Origin: Sminthopsis crassicaudata
Lineage: Eukaryota
Direction of reading: 5' to 3'
DNA length: 64,000 bases
NCBI RefSeq assembly: GCF_048593235.1
Contig: NC_133618.1
Span: forward strand, 28,554,478-28,618,477
Part shown: positions 58,401 through 64,000 of the stretch, one piece after another
Position numbering within the stretch: the first letter of the stretch is position 1
Layout of the letters: the number at the start of each line of letters is the position of its first letter
The notes under the pieces: model-generated
The model's database searches: none
What the model was told of the DNA's origin: nothing
What the model saw: only the letters and a program-made list of their open reading frames with translations
Translations under genes and position numbers: made by a program

Positions 58401-59523
58401 CAGTGCGGAGGGTCCAATGAGCTTCTCCCAAGCCTGGATCGGGGCCACATTGTCCCCCAGGGCCCGGGTGTGGCTTCTGGGGGGAGGGGGGGAAGTCCAG
58501 CCCCAGGCTGAGCTCCTCCAGGGCCCCCTCTGCCTCTCCCTGGGCCATATCCCAATATGTACCAAAGCGGATTCATGCGTCCCCCCTCCCCAGGGTGCAC
58601 AGGGGTTGGGGGAGGGGGGTCTCAGCAGCTTCCTGCCCGGGCTCTCCTACCTGAAGACCCCGGGGCTTCCCGGGAGGGGTTTGTATGTGTCTGGGGCCTT
58701 GGGTCAGGGTCAAGGTCAAGGGCAGGGCCGGGGTCTAGAGTGGAGAGCTCAGAAACATGCACATTATATAACTCTGCTTTAAAATCTCTGCATCGTCTCT
58801 TACAGAAATAAATACTAACTCTGTCATCTCTGCCCGGCAATCCCCAGCCTCACCTGGCAGGGGGCCCAGGGCACCCCTCCCCTTCTGTCCCCCCCTTGGG
58901 CCCAGGCAGGCCCAGCCCACCCAGAGTCTCCTGCGGGACGCTCCCAGGATGCCCCGGGGCTGACGTTGGTGTGGGCTCTCCACCTGCCAGGATGGGAGCA
59001 GGAAAGGGGGCCCGGGCCCGGCTGGACAGATCAGCTGCAGGAGGTGGCCCTGGGCTGGGGCTCGGAGGGAGACAGTTGGGGTTTATTGCAAGAGCCCCTG
59101 AAGGAAGGAGCAGGACAGGGTCGGGGCGTCAGGCCGGCCTCTGCTGGTGACTGGAGCTCCCTGTCCTGGGGGGCTGCGGCCCTGGGGTTCTCATCAGGGG
59201 CCCAGGAGATGGTAGCTTCAGGCCCAGAGCCCTTGGGGGGGAAGGCAGTGGCTGGTGGGGTGCAGGCTTAGGCAGGGGGGCACCCGCTCTGGGTCTCGAG
59301 GGAAAGAGCCCCCCTCCCCAAGCCATTGACTCCCGGCAGATGGTGTTCCGAGGGCCGGCCCAGAGTTCAGATGGAGCTCCCGCCTGGGACCAGCGTCCGC
59401 CAGCTGGCCCCCGAGGCGAGTCCAAACCTGTGTCCCTTAGGTGGGTGTCCGAGGATGTTGCCTGCTGGAGGCCTCTGGGTGGGGAGGTGGGGGAGGGGTG
59501 CCCACGGGCCCCCCGGCCCGGGG

Positions 59524-59586
59524 TTAGCAGCCGCCTTCCACCTTGATGTGTAAGATCTTGGAGAATCCCGGTCGCCGCCGCAGCGC
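59524..59586 (-). CDS. FBXO41: F-box protein 41, last coding exon only (upstream exons lie beyond the window)
   Basis: After a pyrimidine tract and CAG acceptor (AG at 59588-59587) the minus strand reads ALRRRPGFSKILHIKVEGGC-TAA, matching the FBXO41 C-terminus as I recall it. Convergent with CCT7, as in eutherian synteny. Confidence 0.85.
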   Translation of the reverse strand, partial: ALRRRPGFSKILHIKVEGGC

Positions 59587-59780
59587 CTGGGGAGGGACAA
59601 GAGGCCCAGTTACTCCTGCCCTCCGGGAAGTCCTGAGACCGCTCAGCCGGGCCCAGTGTCCCCTGGGCCAAGGGGTGCCTGGGGAGGGGAGGCTTAGGAG
59701 AATGGGGCTGGGGTAGCAGGGCCTCCTCAGCCTCCCAGAAGCACCGAGGCCTTCCCAGAGCTTCACCCACTTTGTTTTCA

Positions 59781-60490
59781 CTACTTCCATAACGATTCAG
59801 TCTCCTTGGAGTCCTTTTGACGATTTTTCTATTCTTTTTACTATTTCAATAACTTATTTGTCTAGTTGAATTCCTTTTGTTACTATTTTTCTATTGATTT
59901 TTTACTATTTTGAGAACTATTTCAGTCTCCTTGGATTCCTTTTAACCAATTTTCTATTTCTATTGATTTTTTAAATGGATTTTTGGACAAGTATTTCAGT
60001 CTACCTGGATTCCTTTTGACTATTTCTTTTTATTATTTTTCTATTTCTATTGACTTTTTACTATTTCAATAACTATTTCAGTCTACTTGGATTCCTTTTT
60101 ACTATTTTCTAGTTCAATAACTATATTTCACTCTACTTAAGATTCCTTCCTATTTTTCTATTTCTATTTACTTTTTTTTCCCCCCTGAGGCTGGGGTTAA
60201 GTGACTTGCCCAGGGTCACACAGCTAGGAAGTGTTAAGTGTCTGAGGCCAGATTTGAACTCGGGTCCTCCTGAATTCAAGGCTGGTGCTCTAGCCACTGC
60301 GCCCCCTAGCTGCCCCTTCTATTTACTTTTTATTATTTTAATAGTTATTTCAGTTTACTTGGATTCCTTTTTTTTTTTTTTTTTTTTACTATTTTGGTAA
60401 TTGCATTTCAATCTACTTGGATTCCTTTTATTATTTTTCAGTTTGCTTCTATTATTTCAATAACGAATTCAGTCTACTTGGATTCCTTTA
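59781..60490. repeat. AT-rich degenerate tandem array (core aactatttcagtctacttggattcctttt), about 9 copies
   Basis: The core recurs every 50-90 nt; interrupted by WSINE1 at 60172-60316. Confidence 0.9.
60172..60316 (-). mobile_element. WSINE1, young copy inside an AT-rich tandem array
   Basis: Reverse-complement consensus match; TSD ttctatttac at 60162-60171 and 60317-60326. Confidence 0.9.
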
Positions 60491-60639
60491 CAATCCTATA
60501 TATTTTATTATTTAAAAACACTGAGAAGAGCTTCCCGGGTTTTATCAGATGCCACGGGAGTCCAAGACCCCTAAAAGGCAAAGAAAGCTCTGCTATAGAC
60601 TGTCTGGTACTTTTGTTTTTATTTTTTATTTAAATAATA

Positions 60640-60910
60640 GCTTTTTATTCTCAAACTATATGCAAAGACAGTTTTCAGCATTCACGCTTCTGAAACCTTG
60701 TATTCCAGATTTTTTCCCTCCCTTCCCCTGAATCCCTTCTCTAGAAGCAAGGAATCCAATGTGTTTACCATCAGTTCTAGCCACATTTCCACATTGGTCA
60801 TGCTTTCAGTACTTTTTAGAAGGGTCCCCCCCCCCCAGTAGGTCAGGGTGGGCTGTTGTTAAGCTATCTTGTAAGCAGATTAGCCCTGTTTTGGATTGAG
60901 ATTCAATCTG
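60640..60910 (-). mobile_element. L1 3' tail
   Basis: atagctttttattctcaaactatatgcaaagacagttttcagcattc...ccttgtattccagattttttccctc. Confidence 0.6.
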
Positions 60911-62563
60911 CACAGTGACATTTCCCAAAGCATGCTGGCCTGTGTCCGTCCCCTCGATACCTCTCAGCGGCATGGAAGGCTCAAAGCCCTTCGGTGGGAG
61001 GAGAGGCCGGGAGAAGCACGAGGACGTTTGTTGGAAGCAGCCCTTGAGAGCTGGAGCTGGGTGATGGTTTAGAAGGGCTCCAGTGGTAGGGGAGGCCCTC
61101 AAGGTCCCTCTGGGAGGGGCTCAAACAGACTAATGGCCGGGGGCCGTAAGTGGCCGCCTGGCCTGGGCTCCTGGAAAGTCAAGTGTGTGGGAGCCCACAC
61201 GTGTCTCCCCTTATGAAGATCAAAGAGCTGGGCTTTCCTAGGCTGACGGCTAGTGGGGAAGGGATGGCCTTGACTTTGTTAAAGAGCCGATGTCAGACTA
61301 CAGGAGAGAGAGCCCGAGTTAAAAACTTCAGAAAATTCAGAAGTGGAAGCGGCGACCATAGGACAGCCCCCAGAGAGGGACGGGTAGGACGGGCCTCCCA
61401 GGCGCGGGCCCAAGGCCTGGCAGAGGGCCTCACTCCAGGGAGCCAGTCAGAAAGGACGGACGGTCCAGGGCATCTGTGAGCTGCCTGGAGGACGCTCCGG
61501 CCACGCTTCATGTCGACGTGCTCCCGAGAGAGCTCCGTCTGTCGGCCTCCATCCTGGTGGAAGAGGAGCCGGAGAAATGTCCTACCGCCACTCTTCCTGT
61601 GAACTGGTTTTATTAACCCTTTCCCTGATTTTTGCTCTGCCCAGTCACGACGTGAAACACCATTGGTGGGAGCTTCTAGTGGTGGGTTTGAGTGGAAGTA
61701 GCTCGTGGAAGGGATTTTCATTATTTCCATTACGAATGACATTTTTATGTCTTTTATGACATCTGTGACATTGATGTCACTGTATGACATTTCTTTAAGA
61801 TGACGTGACGTGCTGGAATGAAAGAGGGGTGGGGGAGATGAAAAATATAAGCTGTGGAATACGGTTGGAGAGAGTAATAGTACTATACATATACATGTAT
61901 ATTATATACACATGTATAGAAGCTGCTTGGAACAGCAGGACAGTCCCATGGAAACAACCGGTAACTACCATTTAGAAATTCTTTTGGCAAACTCTGTAAC
62001 ACGAAAGTGACCAGGACCTATTCACAAGGAAGGCGGGGGACTTCTGATGGAGGAAGAGATAAACGAAGGCCATGTTTGCTAGAAGAATTTCAAAGGACCC
62101 TACAGAGATCTTGAGTCGGAAGGACCTCGGAAGCCAATTATTCCCCAAACCTGTTTTCACATGAAGAAAGTGAAGGGCTGGAAACATGAGCGATTTATCA
62201 CACAGGTAGTAAGCAGAAGAGCTGGGATTTGAACCCAGGACAAGCCCTCGTTCAGACTCACAACCCTGGCCCTCGCCTGGAGTAGTTCACGAATCATCTT
62301 CCCTGGATCATGATACAGTAAAAGCGTCAACTTCAGCAAATCCAGATTCAGAGTCATTGGTGAAAGGCACCAAGACAGGGCACTATTCTAATAAAGCGGA
62401 CCCAAGAGGGAACGGTTTTCAGGGGAGTGGTCCCATCAGCCACGAGGGACGCTCTGAGTCTTGGCTGCAACACATATCCCAATTATGAGAAAGGGGCATA
62501 GATCAACACAGAAAAACATGGGTAATTACTGAAGGATCCCAGAAGGCTTGCTTAGGAAGTGCC

Positions 62564-62683
62564 CAGTGAATGAAGCACCAGCCCTGAAGTCAGGAGGACC
62601 TGAGTTCAAATCCAGTCTGAGACACTTGAACACTTCCTGGCTGTGTGACCCTGGGCAAGTCACTTAACCCCAAATGCCTCAGC
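62564..62683 (+). mobile_element. Older 5'-degenerate WSINE1-type SINE
   Basis: ccagccctgaagtcaggaggacctgagttcaaat...gcaagtcacttaaccccaaatgcctcagc. Confidence 0.75.
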
Positions 62684-63039
62684 AATTCTGGATGTCAGCG
62701 GATGCTGCAGCTGTTCCCTGATTCTTTCCCTACCCTTGGTATACATCTTGTGTGAACCTGGTTTATGTCTGTGTCGTCGCCCTCATTAGAATAGAAACTC
62801 CTTGTGGGAAATAATTGGTTTTTTCCTTTCTCTGAACCTCCAGGGCTTAGAACTGGAGTAGAAATCAGAGAAACACATCTATAAAATCTTACAGAGAAAG
62901 AATGAGTATATGAGCACAATTAAAAGTGCGTGGTGAAAGATCTGACTTAAAGACCACCAAAGGGGGATAAGAAACAGCAGAAAACTGGAAAGATTTTTAT
63001 GACAAAGTACTTTTGCCATCAAGGAAAAGTGGAGATACC

Positions 63040-64000
63040 CCCTTTGGACCCTCTAATCACAGTCCCATTCGTCCCCAGAAGGGAAATGAAATCGTTATTA
63101 AAGAAAAGACAAGTCTAGACTAAGAAGAGCCGGCAGGAGTTTGTTCTGGGAGCAACCCAATTTTGAGGACATCAGGGACCAGTTTTTAAGGTATTAGTAG
63201 GAGGGAAGACACAAATATGAAAATCTAGGATTTTAGTATCATCCAAACAAAAAACCGGTATCTGGGAAAGCGCCCAAATCTACCAAGCCACAAGCTTACT
63301 CACAGAGCTATGAATGCATGCTTGTTGAATAAATGGGAACTTGGCTGCTAGAAAGCCAATTTGTTAGCACCGGGAAAGCCGAGTGCGAAAAGCCATCGCT
63401 CCTGGAAGGGAAAAAGGATTTTGGAGCATCCTGATGCAAGAAGAAGAGCCACAGAAGCAAATAAAGAGACTCGGCTAGCCGAGGAGAGGGACCCGATGGG
63501 GATGGGTACGAAGGACTGACGATATTGGGGCTATAGCAAGGGGAGTTTGAAGTTCCCTAAAGAGGACGTGGACATGGCTCTGTGATGTCCAGTCAGTGAC
63601 CATCTCCGGTATGAACCATGGCCAGACGGCCACTGGATTGATTCCTTTAATTTATGGCTGCAAAGGCTTCTTCCAACTCTGAATTCTGTGGTTTGGTATC
63701 AGTATCAACTGGACCAACTTTTGGGGCAAAATCTTAGGAGAATTAAGTTGGGGCACAAAGCTGGCAATTCACACTTCATGTTGGAAGATTGAAGATAGAA
63801 GCCAGCGGGGATGGTAGATATTTGGGGGGAGCACGGGCGCCCCAATCTTGACAGTGGAGCTGGGGAAGCTGAGGTGGCTCCAAGACTTGGAGAATGGAAG
63901 CTCATGGTTGATGCCGGTGCAGTATCCCAGCCTGGGTGAGGGGGGAGTGTACCCCAAAGAGTGATGTTCAACTTAGGTTTGCTTCAACAAATCGAAACCG
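63040..64000 (+). mobile_element. Probable highly degraded L3/CR1 remnant
   Basis: 63850-63990 resembles the CR1 RT segment encoding W..NWL...VSSGVPQGSVLGP.LFN (ggagtgtaccccaaaga...cttcaaca); weak elsewhere. Confidence 0.35.

Larger units (their letters stand above)
55856..59523 (-). other. FBXO41: Probable long (about 3.7 kb) GC-rich 3'UTR of FBXO41
   Basis: Runs from the stop codon to a minus-strand AATAAA at 55861-55856. Contains short AU-rich islands (56400-56430, 58750-58830) typical of conserved 3'UTR elements. No credible coding frame. Confidence 0.6.

Noticed and set aside
61000-61620. CpG-containing segment with LINE-like (L2 or RTE-X) resemblance, also considered as an FBXO41 exon
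   Set aside because: No frame matches FBXO41, and the family resemblance is too weak to call without Dfam.

Overview
Marsupial genomic DNA: the WSINE1 SINEs and marsupial L1 ends point to an Australian marsupial, probably a dasyurid. It carries the conserved vertebrate block NOTO(+) - SMYD5(+) - PRADC1(-) - CCT7(+) - FBXO41(-; only the last coding exon and 3'UTR are in the window). I rebuilt the first four coding sequences by hand through canonical GT-AG introns, all with consistent phase and no internal stops: NOTO 3 exons/268 aa, SMYD5 13 exons/417 aa, PRADC1 5 exons/188 aa, CCT7 12 exons/544 aa. The rest is CpG-island promoters, four poly(A) signals in two tail-to-tail junctions, WSINE1/MIR/L1/L3 repeats, minisatellites and two N gaps. 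Almost all other ORFs in the track are GC-rich or repeat-derived artefacts. I found no solid evidence of a wholly new biological system. The best leads are: a candidate NOTO enhancer about 9.5 kb upstream; a duplicated homeodomain-site module in NOTO intron 1; a POU-type palindrome at the NOTO TATA box; an ancestral-looking NOTO homeodomain with Gly56; twin CCAAT-N10-CCACG modules at PRADC1; an orphan CpG patch between PRADC1 and CCT7; coding-like antisense remnants in CCT7 intron 1; PUM/RBFOX elements in the FBXO41 3'UTR; and a young WSINE1 subfamily. All comparisons to orthologues, repeat consensi and literature are from memory, not from searches.
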